Shown: piece after piece, positions 14,980-24,519 of the stretch | Position numbering within the stretch: position 1 is the stretch's first letter | How the letters are laid out: each line of letters starts with the position of its first letter | Origin: a virus | Taxonomy: Duplodnaviria > Caudoviricetes | Virus record (IMG/VR): IMGVR_UViG_3300036768_001392 | Coordinates: 1-25,249 of that record | Strand: one strand, 5' to 3' | Length of the DNA stretch: 25,249 bases | Made by a program: the position numbers and the translations under genes | Notes under the pieces: model-generated | Databases searched by the model: none | What the model saw: the letters and a program-made list of their open reading frames with translations, nothing else | What the model was told of the DNA's origin: nothing

Positions 14980-16126
14980 TATCTTAGTCAACACGCAGCT
15001 GCTGCCCACGGTTCAACGCCAGGCAGAGGGCGCGGCCAACAACGCGATCAACCTGCTCAGCGGCGGGCTACAGCAGGTAACCAACCACGCGCTGCCTACC
15101 ATAGCCCAGCGCCTGGGCGAAGCCACCAACAAGACAATCAAGGCCGGCAACATCACCGACTTTAGCGCCATGTCGGCCAACCTTGGGCTAGCTTCCAAGG
15201 GGCTACCGGGGACCTTCCTGGTGGACTCAACAACCGGGGCTCCCCTCCAGCAGCTGACCGTCAGGAACGATGAAGACCTGCTGCCAGTGGAGCTGATCAA
15301 GGACCAGCCGATCGCCGACACTGCCGAGCTAAAGGTCAAGCTGAGCGCGAGCAACGTGCTTGGCACGCAGGAGGACACCATCGTTCTAACCGTGATGCCG
15401 ACTATCCAGGAGGGGCAGTCCGCGGAGTACGTTGAGTTTAACCCAGTGCATCACCCAGGGTCGATCCTCAAGTACCGCAAAACCTCCGCGAGAACCTGGA
15501 CAGTCAGCGGCAAGCTCATCTCCAGAACTAGGGAGGAGGCTGAGCAGAACCTCCGTTACCTGAACATCATCCGGTCCTGGGTGATGCCCCAGTACGGCAG
15601 CCGGACCGTTACAGCCACCCTGGGCGCGCCACCGCCAATCATCACCCTGCAGGCCTTTGGGCCAAGGATGATTGGGCCCGTAAAGTGCGTGCTGGAGAGC
15701 TTTGGGTGGACGTTCCCCAACGACGTTGACTACATCCCGACGCTCGCCAACGAGCCCTTCCCGGTCATCCTTGACGTCAGCCTGAACCTCAAGGAAAGCT
15801 GGGCTCCGAGCGAGTTCAGCAGCTTCAACCTGGCAGCCTACCGGCAGGGCAACCTGTTTGGCAACCAGAACTCGGCCTTCTACTACGTCCCAACGCAGGT
15901 TCTCCCCCCGACTGGCAGCAAGGGACCGCCCATTGCGACGGGCACGAGCGTTAACTTTGTGGCCGGAGGCAACGCGCTCAGGCGCGTCGAGCAGCTGCCA
16001 CAGGTGCCGCCGGCTTTTAACAATACCAGCACCAAACTCACAGTACAAGAGCTCGTTGGGCTTGGTATGAACCCAGCCGAGATCGCCAGCATGGGTGCCG
16101 CTGATGCGCCCTACGTTGCGCCCTAA
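14966..16126 (+). CDS. Baseplate tail-tube initiator/cap-like protein (gp48/gp54-like)
   Basis: Y..TS.R.W.VSGK, GAPPP...L..FG, CVL.SF.W.FP.DVDYI, P....VSL.L.E; immediately upstream of gp53. Confidence 0.65.
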   Translation: MPARDILVNTQLLPTVQRQAEGAANNAINLLSGGLQQVTNHALPTIAQRLGEATNKTIKAGNITDFSAMSANLGLASKGLPGTFLVDSTTGAPLQQLTVRNDEDLLPVELIKDQPIADTAELKVKLSASNVLGTQEDTIVLTVMPTIQEGQSAEYVEFNPVHHPGSILKYRKTSARTWTVSGKLISRTREEAEQNLRYLNIIRSWVMPQYGSRTVTATLGAPPPIITLQAFGPRMIGPVKCVLESFGWTFPNDVDYIPTLANEPFPVILDVSLNLKESWAPSEFSSFNLAAYRQGNLFGNQNSAFYYVPTQVLPPTGSKGPPIATGTSVNFVAGGNALRRVEQLPQVPPAFNNTSTKLTVQELVGLGMNPAEIASMGAADAPYVAP

Positions 16127-16145
16127 CCACTAGGTGATAACCCAA

Positions 16146-16517
16146 ATGGCGGCGAACAGCGTTTTTAACAAGCATTCCAGGTACGTGCACGGGGGGACGA
16201 CCGAGGTCAACGGGCAGCGGCTAGAGTGGTTTGAGCGCGCCATCTTCACGGTCGATCCCTCGGACATCGCCTACGTCGTCGAGAACCAGTATGCTGGGCG
16301 CCTCGACCTGCTGGCCTCCGTGTTCTACAACGAGCCGCGCTACTGGTGGGTCATTGCTATGGTCAACAACGTGCTTGACCCAGCCACCGAGGTTATACCA
16401 GGCCGCGTGCTCTACGTCCCAACGCGCGAGCGGCTGGTGACGCTGCTGAGCGGGCGGCAAGGGGGCGTTGACTCTAAGCGCGAGGCGGTGCCGTTGGTGC
16501 CGCCGGTGGTGTTTTAG
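16146..16517 (+). CDS. gp53: Baseplate wedge protein, LysM-like (T4 gp53-like)
   Basis: GRLDLLASVFYNEPRYWWVIAMVNNVLDP...G..L.VP; SD AGGTGA favours the ATG at 16146. Confidence 0.85.
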   Translation: MAANSVFNKHSRYVHGGTTEVNGQRLEWFERAIFTVDPSDIAYVVENQYAGRLDLLASVFYNEPRYWWVIAMVNNVLDPATEVIPGRVLYVPTRERLVTLLSGRQGGVDSKREAVPLVPPVVF

Positions 16518-16553
16518 CTTTTTTCGAAGCTCCCTTTCCCCTGAGGTAAGCAG

Positions 16554-18668
16554 GTGAGTGACCAGGCGTCAAACTACCCGAACCCGCTCGACGAGTTCAG
16601 GAGCTACAGCTACCACTTCATCATGACGGTGGCCTCGACAACTGAGGCCCTGCGCAAGCAGCTCGATGGCGTTGGGGGGCAAAAGCTGTACTCGCTGGTG
16701 CAGTCGCTCCCCCTCTTAGGCGAGCTTAACCTTGGCAACGAGGACGTTGCCTACCTCGTGCTCGACACCCGCCGCTTCTCGCAGTTTTCGGTTACCGAGT
16801 TCGAGAGCGAGCACGTGTACGGTACCGGAAACCCCAACAACCCGACCGCGCAAACCTCGTTCGCGCGGATGAAAATCATCGATACCACTGGGTTCAACTT
16901 CTTCAACTACATGATGGAGCTGCTGCAGGTGCGGGTTAAGTCAGCCCGCGCGTCGGCGTTCTTCCTGCTGAACATCATCTTCATCGGGCACCGGACGGAC
17001 GGCACCACCACGCTGGTGACCTCCTGCTACATGCCGCTTCTCCTGCAGCTGATGTCAGCCGAGTACAACTCAAGCGGGTCAACGTTTGAGCTGGAGTTTT
17101 CTGAAGTTGAGGGCGGCTTTGGGCAAAACACGCGGCTGTGGCAGCTCAACCACCTCGCGACAAAGGTGACAGCGGTTACCCCGCCTGGCAAGAACAGCCT
17201 GGCTGACCTGGTGCAGGCGTTTGAAGACCAGCTTAACGCCAACTCGCTCAGCTTCTACCGTAACTACCAGGCCGAGGCGCTGCTCAAGCCGCCTGGCACG
17301 ACCGTCGCCGGCAAGCTAGTCCAGTACATGATCAACCTGCCGCGAGAGTGGATGGGCGACAACTATAAGGTGACCGCCGCCGGCTACACGAAGCGCCTGG
17401 AGCAGGTTTTCATCGCCGCGGGACAAACCGCCAGCGAGGCTGCCCAGCAGGCGCAAGCAACCACGGCGGCGAGGGGCATCAACGTGGCGAAGGACAGCTC
17501 AGTCCAGATCTCGTTCTCGGAGCGGATGAGCATCACCGACGCGCTAACCAGGATCCTTGAGGCCTGCGACCAGGTGCTGGCGCACGCTGGCGCCGACGCC
17601 AGGGCCAGGGGCACCGCGTCCACCTTCAAGATCGTGTCAAGCATCACCAGCGACGGGGGCACCTACATCGTGCACTTCGACGTCTACCCGTACGTGATGC
17701 CTCCGCCCAAGCCGCGCGCCACTGACGGGACAAGGTACCAGAACCACATTTTTTACAGCTACATCTTTACTGGCAAGAACAGCCACATCGAGGACCTGAG
17801 GATCAACTACCTGCCAGAAAGCGCCATCGCGCTCGATACGCGCGTCCCGCTCGGCTCCTGGCGGATGGCGCAGGTTGCCGGCGTTGGCCAGCGCCTGGAC
17901 CTGGTCGACAAGAGCTCCCTCAGGGACCAGCGGTCGCTTGACCGGTTCTCCACCCTGAGGCCAAACGACCCGATCTTTCCAACGGCGCTGACCACCGCCC
18001 AGCAGACCAACTTTGCCGCGCAGCGGGACATCGAGCAGTACCCACCAGCCGTTGCCCAGGAGCTGATCCAGCGGCTGCAGGAGTACAAGTCAACCGTCGC
18101 GTTCTTCCACATGGCCAGCTCGATCGACCTCGAGCTCACCATCCGGGGCAACCCCAACCTGCTGAAGAAGTACGCTGACCGCCAGCAGCGCGGCGGCATG
18201 CCGCCCCACACGGCCGGCTTTAACTTCGACCCAGCTAGCGCCTCCCAGCAGGGGGACTTTGCGCAGCGCGTGGCGACAGCCTTCAACGCCGCCAGGGCCC
18301 AGTACCGGCAGCTCTACTATGAGCCCCGCGTGGCCGCCGCCTGGCGGGGGCAGGTGATCTCGCCGATCGAGCTCGGGCGGGACCCGCTGCTAGATAACGA
18401 GCTAGACGTCGCCGCTTACCCGATCTACGTCCAGCTGGACATCCGGTCCCCTAACACCAACTGGGACGGTGAGTTCATTGACCGAAACAACCTGTTCACG
18501 TCCACGCAGTTCTTTGGAGGGCCATACCACGTGCTGTTCATCAAGCACAGCTTCATCGAGGGCGAGTTCAGGCAAACGCTCTCGCTCGTGCCGCACCCAG
18601 ACGTGCCGACCGGCGTGCCTGAGGCGCGCCAGGGAGCTGGCAGCCAGGGGCAAAAGGTGATCAGATGA
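16554..18668 (+). CDS. Probable baseplate hub protein (gp27/GpD-like)
   Basis: NPLD.F.SYSYH N-terminus, YSYIFTGKN..I, LTIRGNP, G.Y.V....H.F..G.F.Q.L C-terminus; sits between gp53 and the spike gene. Confidence 0.7.
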   Translation: MSDQASNYPNPLDEFRSYSYHFIMTVASTTEALRKQLDGVGGQKLYSLVQSLPLLGELNLGNEDVAYLVLDTRRFSQFSVTEFESEHVYGTGNPNNPTAQTSFARMKIIDTTGFNFFNYMMELLQVRVKSARASAFFLLNIIFIGHRTDGTTTLVTSCYMPLLLQLMSAEYNSSGSTFELEFSEVEGGFGQNTRLWQLNHLATKVTAVTPPGKNSLADLVQAFEDQLNANSLSFYRNYQAEALLKPPGTTVAGKLVQYMINLPREWMGDNYKVTAAGYTKRLEQVFIAAGQTASEAAQQAQATTAARGINVAKDSSVQISFSERMSITDALTRILEACDQVLAHAGADARARGTASTFKIVSSITSDGGTYIVHFDVYPYVMPPPKPRATDGTRYQNHIFYSYIFTGKNSHIEDLRINYLPESAIALDTRVPLGSWRMAQVAGVGQRLDLVDKSSLRDQRSLDRFSTLRPNDPIFPTALTTAQQTNFAAQRDIEQYPPAVAQELIQRLQEYKSTVAFFHMASSIDLELTIRGNPNLLKKYADRQQRGGMPPHTAGFNFDPASASQQGDFAQRVATAFNAARAQYRQLYYEPRVAAAWRGQVISPIELGRDPLLDNELDVAAYPIYVQLDIRSPNTNWDGEFIDRNNLFTSTQFFGGPYHVLFIKHSFIEGEFRQTLSLVPHPDVPTGVPEARQGAGSQGQKVIR

Positions 18669-19933
18669 TCAGCGGGCCGTTTGCCAACTACATCCCCTTC
18701 ATCATGGAGGGCCAGGTGGTGGCCACGGATGACCCCGACCAGATGGGGCGCGTCCGCGTGTGGGTGCCAGCGCTCGACGGGGACACGTTTGACATCGAGC
18801 AGCTGCCCTGGGCCGAGTACGCTACCCCGTTCTTCGGCTTCACGGTCAATTACCCAGCTGGGGCTGGCCCGACCGCCAACAAGACGCACGCCTCGTACGG
18901 GTTCTGGGCGGTTCCAAAGGTTGGCGCTACGGTGCTCGTCTTCTTCCTCAACGGCGACCCAGCCATCAGGTTCTACTTCGCCGCCGCCATCCGGCTGCAC
19001 CGGAACCGATCGCTGCCAGCTGGGCGCAACGTGGATGCCAACGGCAACCATGGTCCCTTTGGGGACGCCGGCGACGCCAATGGCAACCTCGTTAAGCTAG
19101 AACCCGCCTACAGCAACCTGCGCGAGCAGTTCGCCGGGAAGATCACCGCCCCGCAGGCGCAGACGCGCGGCGCCTTTGAGCGCGCGGTGGCCCAAGCGGG
19201 CGCCAACAAGACCGGTGATGACGGGTATGCGCCGTCCCCCATCCCCGGCCAGGGCTACCTCGACCCGCAGACGTACGCGTGGGTTACCCCAGGGCACCAC
19301 GCCATCATCATGCAGGATCACCCTAAGGGGGCCAGGGTGCGTGTGAAGACCGCCGAAGGCCACCAGGTCATCCTCGATGACACCAACGAGCGCATCTACG
19401 TCAGCACCGCGAAGGGGAAAACCTGGGTAGAGCTCGACCAGGACGGGCACGTCCACGTCTTCGGGGCGGCCTCGGTCAGCGTCCGCGCAGGGGAGGACCT
19501 GAACGTGCGCGCTGACCGGGACATCAACCTGGAGGCTGGGCGCGGCGTCAACGTGAAGGCAGTTGGCGGCGACGTTCGGGTCGATGCTAGCGCGGCGCTG
19601 CACCTCCGCTCAGGCGCCAGCACCTTCGTGACGGCCTGCGCTAGCCTGAACGCCTCGGCCGAGCAGGGTATCCTGTTGACAGCCGCCGGGAACATGGACA
19701 TCTACGCGGCCGGCAGCATCGCGCAGCTGGCAGGCAGCACCTATGATGTGTTGGCGGGGGACGTGGAGCGGCACCGCGCCGCTAGGATCTTCCTCAACAG
19801 CCGCGCGCAGCCTCGCGAGGCTGAAAAGGCAGCCTGCGCTACCCCCGCGCAGGAGCCGCCAGTTGTGCCTGGGCACGAGCCCTGGGACCGTCCTCCAACC
19901 AAGGGCACGAGAGGCCAAAACTGGCGGCCCTAG
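18665..19933 (+). CDS. gp5: Baseplate central spike (T4 gp5 / VgrG-like), no lysozyme domain evident
   Basis: OB-fold G.VV...DP..MGRVRVW.P...LPWA, P.VG..VLVFF.NGD; GH.I..DD...E.I beta-helix repeats; C-terminal HEPW.RP. Confidence 0.9.
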   Translation: MISGPFANYIPFIMEGQVVATDDPDQMGRVRVWVPALDGDTFDIEQLPWAEYATPFFGFTVNYPAGAGPTANKTHASYGFWAVPKVGATVLVFFLNGDPAIRFYFAAAIRLHRNRSLPAGRNVDANGNHGPFGDAGDANGNLVKLEPAYSNLREQFAGKITAPQAQTRGAFERAVAQAGANKTGDDGYAPSPIPGQGYLDPQTYAWVTPGHHAIIMQDHPKGARVRVKTAEGHQVILDDTNERIYVSTAKGKTWVELDQDGHVHVFGAASVSVRAGEDLNVRADRDINLEAGRGVNVKAVGGDVRVDASAALHLRSGASTFVTACASLNASAEQGILLTAAGNMDIYAAGSIAQLAGSTYDVLAGDVERHRAARIFLNSRAQPREAEKAACATPAQEPPVVPGHEPWDRPPTKGTRGQNWRP

Positions 19934-19953
19934 CTGGAGGCCGCCGGCGCGCA

Positions 19954-19959
19954 TAAATA
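19954..19959 (+). promoter_or_regulatory. Late promoter (aTAAATAa) for gp25
   Basis: Intergenic TAAATA 30 nt before the ATG. Confidence 0.7.
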
Positions 19960-19989
19960 ACCGCATCTCAAGCAGCTGCAAGGACCGGC

Positions 19990-20361
19990 ATGGCCAACGC
20001 GATCTACAAGGGCTTCTCCACGGCAGACTGGGGGAACCGGCGAACCTTCAAGCTCACCAACCTTGAACTGGTGAAGCGGGACCTGCTCAACCACATCTTC
20101 ACGCTCAAGGGCGAGCGCCTGTACATGCCAAACTTTGGCACGCGGATCCCGCTGCTGGCCTTTGAGCCCAACGATGAACAGACCCGCGCGATCGTGGAGA
20201 CCGACCTCCGGGAGGTATTTGACTACGACCCCCGCGTCAAGCTGCTTGACCTGGCCGTCACCTCGCTCCCGAACAACAACGCGATCCTCGCGCTTGCCGA
20301 CCTGTTCTACGTCGAGTTCCAGGTAAGGGACGTGCTGCGGATCGAGGTGCCAACTCAATGA
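19990..20361 (+). CDS. gp25: Baseplate wedge / sheath initiator (T4 gp25-like)
   Basis: LVKRDLLNHIFT.KGER...PNFGT.I...FEP, YDPRV. Confidence 0.93.
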   Translation: MANAIYKGFSTADWGNRRTFKLTNLELVKRDLLNHIFTLKGERLYMPNFGTRIPLLAFEPNDEQTRAIVETDLREVFDYDPRVKLLDLAVTSLPNNNAILALADLFYVEFQVRDVLRIEVPTQ

Positions 20362-20642
20362 GCGCTAGGCCAACGCTTGATAGCGGGGCTGCCATCACGG
20401 TAGCCGTGCTGCGAGCGTGGGTCGATGAGCTGCAGCCCCTGCTAGAGCAGCTAGCTGCTCCAAGCGATGTCGTTCCTATCAAGGAAAAGGTACGGCTGCT
20501 TGACAACCTCATCAACCGCTTGCAGGCCGCCCGGAACCTGCTCTTGGCTGAGGCCACGGTTAAGCAAGCGCTAGAGGGTGGCAACGCGCATGCCAAGGTG
20601 CTCGCGCGCGCTAAGAGGCCAGCCACCGGGCAAAAAGCCTAA
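20358..20642 (+). CDS. Hypothetical helical protein
   Basis: 94 aa, ATGA overlap with gp25, fills the gap before the gp6 promoter. Confidence 0.65.
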   Translation: MSARPTLDSGAAITVAVLRAWVDELQPLLEQLAAPSDVVPIKEKVRLLDNLINRLQAARNLLLAEATVKQALEGGNAHAKVLARAKRPATGQKA

Positions 20643-20647
20643 CAAGC

Positions 20648-20653
20648 TAAATA
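20648..20653 (+). promoter_or_regulatory. Late promoter (cTAAATA) for gp6
   Basis: Intergenic TAAATA 35 nt before the ATG. Confidence 0.7.
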
Positions 20654-20688
20654 CCAAGAACTGACCACCCGGCAAGGGCAGCCAGCCA

Positions 20689-23600
20689 ATGACCATCCGA
20701 AACACGTACGCAGCCGAGACCTGGGACAAGGTTTATGACGCCTTTACCCAGATCAACTTTACGTCATATGACTATGATACGGTAAAGGAGTCGCTGCTCC
20801 AGTACCTCAAGATCTACTACGCTGAGAGCTTTAACGACTTCATCGAGAGCTCCGAGCTGATCGCCATCCTTGAGCTCTTCGCGTACGTAGCCGAGCAGCT
20901 AGCTTACCGGATCGACCTGGCAGCCCACGAGAACTTCATCACTACGGCCCAGCGCAAGCAGTCCGTCCTGCGCCTGGCGAGGCTGGTGTCCTACCGCGCG
21001 AGCCGCAACATCCCGGCAAGGGGGCTAGTTAAGCTAACCACCGTCCGAACCACTGAGACCGTGGTCGACTCGCTTGGCAACAACCTTGCTAACGTCTCGA
21101 TTACCTGGAACGACCCCAACAACCCGAACTGGAAAGAGCAGTTCTTCCTGGTCATGAACAAGGTCATGACGTCGAAGTTCGGTCAACCGCAAAAGTCCTT
21201 CCAGGTCAATGACGTGCTGCTGGAGCTGTACACGTTCAACAACGACGTCGGCACGTTCACCAACGGCGTTTTCTCGTTTACCCCATCGACTGGCACCAGG
21301 GCTCCGCTAGAGGTTGTGCCGGCGGACCTTGACGAGAACGGGCCGTTCGAGCGGGCGCCCGACCTTAACTCGCAGCTAAACCTCTTGTACGCTAGCGATG
21401 GGCGGGGCGATTCGTCTGACTACACCGGGTTCCTGCTGTTCATCAAGCAGGGCACGCTAACCAGGACGGATTACACCATCCTGGAGCCCACCGAGAACAG
21501 GCGCCTGGAGCTAGACGCGGCCAACATCAATGATACTGACATCTGGGTCTACCGGGTTGACGACCTCCAGAACATCATCGAGGTCTGGAAGCGGGTTGAA
21601 TCGCTGAACGAGCAGAACCTGTTCTTCAACGATGACAGCTCAACGCGCAAGAAGTTTGAGGTCGAAACGCTAGAGAACGACCGTGTAGCCCTGCTGTTCG
21701 GTGACAACAACTTCAGCGATGCCCCGGTTGGCAACTTCCAGATCTGGGCGCGCGTTTCGTTGAACCAGAACATTACCATCGAGCGCGGTGCCGTGCTGAA
21801 CCAGCCGATGGCCTTCAGCTACAAGAACGCTAGCGGGCAGCCGCAAACGTTCAGCTGCACGTTCTCGTTGACCTCACCACTCACCAATAACGCTGCTTCC
21901 GAGACAGCCGAGCAGATCCGTCAAGCCGCGCCAGCCACCTATTACGCCCAGAACCGGATGGTTAACGCGCAGGACTATAACACCTTCATGCTGAAGGACC
22001 CAACCATCCTGCGGCTAAAGACCATCAACCGGACCTTTGCCGGGCAGCCGAAGTACATCGAGTGGAACGATGCATCTGGCAACTACCAGAACATCAAGCT
22101 GTTTGGCGATGACCTGGTGATGTTCTATGACATCTCGCTCGGTGCGCTGGAAACAGCTACCTCAGCTAAGGGTCTCATCGACGCGGTCATTGAGCCGCTG
22201 CTGTCGAAGTTCGGCGTGTTCAACGCGCTGAACTACATCTCGGACATGGTGGAGGACGGGTACGGCATCATCTCCAACCCCCGCACTAGGTTCATCGAGG
22301 ACAACCAAAGCCTGTACAAGAAGCTAAACGGAACCAACGTGACGCCGTATGGCAGCTCGCTGTCGCCAAGCGACGTGACAGCCGGGTCCTTGACCGAGAA
22401 GAGCGCGATCCAGGCCAACCTTGACGGGCACTGGTACGGTGAGCCACTTGGCTTCGTCACGATCGGCGGCGTGAGGCACGGCATCATCCCTGACCCGATC
22501 TTGGTTCCCGAAGACGATGGAAAGCTCTATGATGACACGTTGCCGCGCACCATCGACGGCGTTAACACTTACCCGCCAGGGGACGTTGGCTCCGGGCTGC
22601 AAACGACAAGCGCCTCGAGCTACTTTGGGCTCCGCTTTAACCGGTTCATGGCGGCCTTGGGAAACGGTCGGATCTGGCTAGCAGACACCAACAACATCGA
22701 CGCAAACTACGGGCCGGTTACCATTGCCCCTGCGCACGCGCTGACGCAGTATCCTAAGCGCATCGAGGTGTTTACCATCGAGCTTCAGGACGACCGCACG
22801 ACCTTCACGGTCATCTCTAACCTGCGCGGCCGGCTCCCAAGCTACAGCCTGCTGTCAACTAACCAATATTACCTGCAGCAGAACCCGAAGGCACCGATCA
22901 ACTTTAGGGTTGAGCAGGGAACAACCAGCTTTGAGCCAGGTGACGCGTTCATCGTTGAGCTAAAGAAGAACGGCGCCAACTGGGAGACAACCGTCCGGGA
23001 CATCAGCGGCGCTAAAAAGGCCAACCTGAAGGGGTGGTGGCAAATCATCTCACCAAGCGAGCTATCCAACCCCACTTACAACATCGACCTCAGCAGCGGC
23101 GGTAAGCCGACGCTGGCGCAGGTGCTCAACTTTGACCCGAACGACCCCGTCAACAGCTGGCTGATCCTGGTAGCTGCTGACTATGACACCATCGGCAACG
23201 TCAAGTCTTGGCGAGTCTTTTACCGCAACATGCGCCTGGTGGCCGAGAGCCCGACCACGAAGTTCTGGTTTAACCAGACAACGCAGATCATTGACCCGCA
23301 GACGAAGAAGCCGGTTTACGATAAGCTGAGCGTGCTTCGCTCAAACCTTGACCCCGATGGCCTGCCACTGCTGCAGAACGACGTGTATGACGTCGTTGGC
23401 TTCGTGCAGGATGCCGATGGCAACATTAACTTCAACCAGCTAGAGGTGCTACCGACGGACACCACCGGGTTTACCACGGCCGGCGACGGGTTGCCTGACA
23501 ACATCCTCCAGTTCCTGGACTTCTCGCGCGGCGCCTTCCAGTTCTTCCTTATCGATAACACCAACCCGAGCAACCCGACCTTTGCTGGCTACCTCTCGTG

Positions 23601-24447
23601 CACGGACTATCAGGTAGAGACTGGGTTTGACGTGCTGCCGTTCGATGTCGATAACTACGACGACGCGTGGGTGACGTACCAGTCAGTCCAGTTCAACTTT
23701 GAACAAGGCAGCTTCATCTCGCTCAACTATCACGTGATTGACGGCACCCCATACTATCTTGGGCGCCGCCGGCGCGTGCCGCCGCCAGCGCTGTACGATG
23801 CAAACCTCAGCCAATCGGTCTGCAACGCGAACCAGGGGCTAGACTTTATGTGGCAGCACTTTAGCCCCAACACGAACCTCATCGACCCGTCGGTCACGAA
23901 CATCCACGACGCGTTCATCATGACGCGGGGCTATTACACCGCCCTGCAGAGCTTCATCCGTGGCCAAACGACAACGCCGCCGACGCCCCCAACGCCGCTT
24001 GAGCTGAGGACCGCGTACGGCTACCTGCTGAAGAACAAGATGCTATCGGACACGGTGGTGCTGCACCCTGGCCGGATCAAGCTGCTGTTTGGCGCCTTGG
24101 CCGATGCTCCCCTGCGGGCCAAGTTCAGGGTTGTGAAGCAGCCCACCACGACCATGTCCAACGAGCGGATCAAGGCCGAGGTCATCGCGGTCATCAACGC
24201 CTTCTTTGACATCCAGAACTGGGACTTCGGGGACACGTTCTACGCGACCGAGCTGATCGCCCTGATCCACCAGCGCCTCGCTGGGCACATTGCCTCGGTC
24301 GTGCTGGTGCCAACCTACTCAATCAATTCCTTTGGGTCTCTGTTTACGGTAGAGGCTGGGCTTGACGAGATCCTCCAGTCCTGCGCGACCGTGAGCGACG
24401 TTGAGCTCGTCGACGCCTTGACGCCAACGGTGCTGCGGCAGCGATAA
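20689..24447 (+). CDS. gp6: Baseplate wedge subunit (T4 gp6-like), enlarged to 1252 aa
   Basis: YDYDT.K.SL..Y....Y.E.FNDFIESSE, ENF..TA.R..SV.RLA....Y, FGD, E..E.IR..AP..Y..QNRMV...DY, C-terminal FF....WDFG.TFY..EL. Confidence 0.92.
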   Translation: MTIRNTYAAETWDKVYDAFTQINFTSYDYDTVKESLLQYLKIYYAESFNDFIESSELIAILELFAYVAEQLAYRIDLAAHENFITTAQRKQSVLRLARLVSYRASRNIPARGLVKLTTVRTTETVVDSLGNNLANVSITWNDPNNPNWKEQFFLVMNKVMTSKFGQPQKSFQVNDVLLELYTFNNDVGTFTNGVFSFTPSTGTRAPLEVVPADLDENGPFERAPDLNSQLNLLYASDGRGDSSDYTGFLLFIKQGTLTRTDYTILEPTENRRLELDAANINDTDIWVYRVDDLQNIIEVWKRVESLNEQNLFFNDDSSTRKKFEVETLENDRVALLFGDNNFSDAPVGNFQIWARVSLNQNITIERGAVLNQPMAFSYKNASGQPQTFSCTFSLTSPLTNNAASETAEQIRQAAPATYYAQNRMVNAQDYNTFMLKDPTILRLKTINRTFAGQPKYIEWNDASGNYQNIKLFGDDLVMFYDISLGALETATSAKGLIDAVIEPLLSKFGVFNALNYISDMVEDGYGIISNPRTRFIEDNQSLYKKLNGTNVTPYGSSLSPSDVTAGSLTEKSAIQANLDGHWYGEPLGFVTIGGVRHGIIPDPILVPEDDGKLYDDTLPRTIDGVNTYPPGDVGSGLQTTSASSYFGLRFNRFMAALGNGRIWLADTNNIDANYGPVTIAPAHALTQYPKRIEVFTIELQDDRTTFTVISNLRGRLPSYSLLSTNQYYLQQNPKAPINFRVEQGTTSFEPGDAFIVELKKNGANWETTVRDISGAKKANLKGWWQIISPSELSNPTYNIDLSSGGKPTLAQVLNFDPNDPVNSWLILVAADYDTIGNVKSWRVFYRNMRLVAESPTTKFWFNQTTQIIDPQTKKPVYDKLSVLRSNLDPDGLPLLQNDVYDVVGFVQDADGNINFNQLEVLPTDTTGFTTAGDGLPDNILQFLDFSRGAFQFFLIDNTNPSNPTFAGYLSCTDYQVETGFDVLPFDVDNYDDAWVTYQSVQFNFEQGSFISLNYHVIDGTPYYLGRRRRVPPPALYDANLSQSVCNANQGLDFMWQHFSPNTNLIDPSVTNIHDAFIMTRGYYTALQSFIRGQTTTPPTPPTPLELRTAYGYLLKNKMLSDTVVLHPGRIKLLFGALADAPLRAKFRVVKQPTTTMSNERIKAEVIAVINAFFDIQNWDFGDTFYATELIALIHQRLAGHIASVVLVPTYSINSFGSLFTVEAGLDEILQSCATVSDVELVDALTPTVLRQR

Positions 24448-24480
24448 GGGCCCCCACTCCGGGGAGTTGGTGCCTTTAAG

Positions 24481-24486
24481 TAAATA
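24481..24486 (+). promoter_or_regulatory. Late promoter (gTAAATA) for the next structural gene
   Basis: Intergenic TAAATA 33 nt before the ATG at 24520. Confidence 0.7.
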
Positions 24487-24519
24487 TGGGTAAAGGACCA
24501 CCAGCGCGCCGACTAATCA

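Noticed and set aside
14966-24447. Bacterial contractile injection system (T6SS/eCIS) interpretation of the baseplate genes
   Set aside because: Portal, prohead protease, gp55 and gp46/47 in the same window indicate a complete phage
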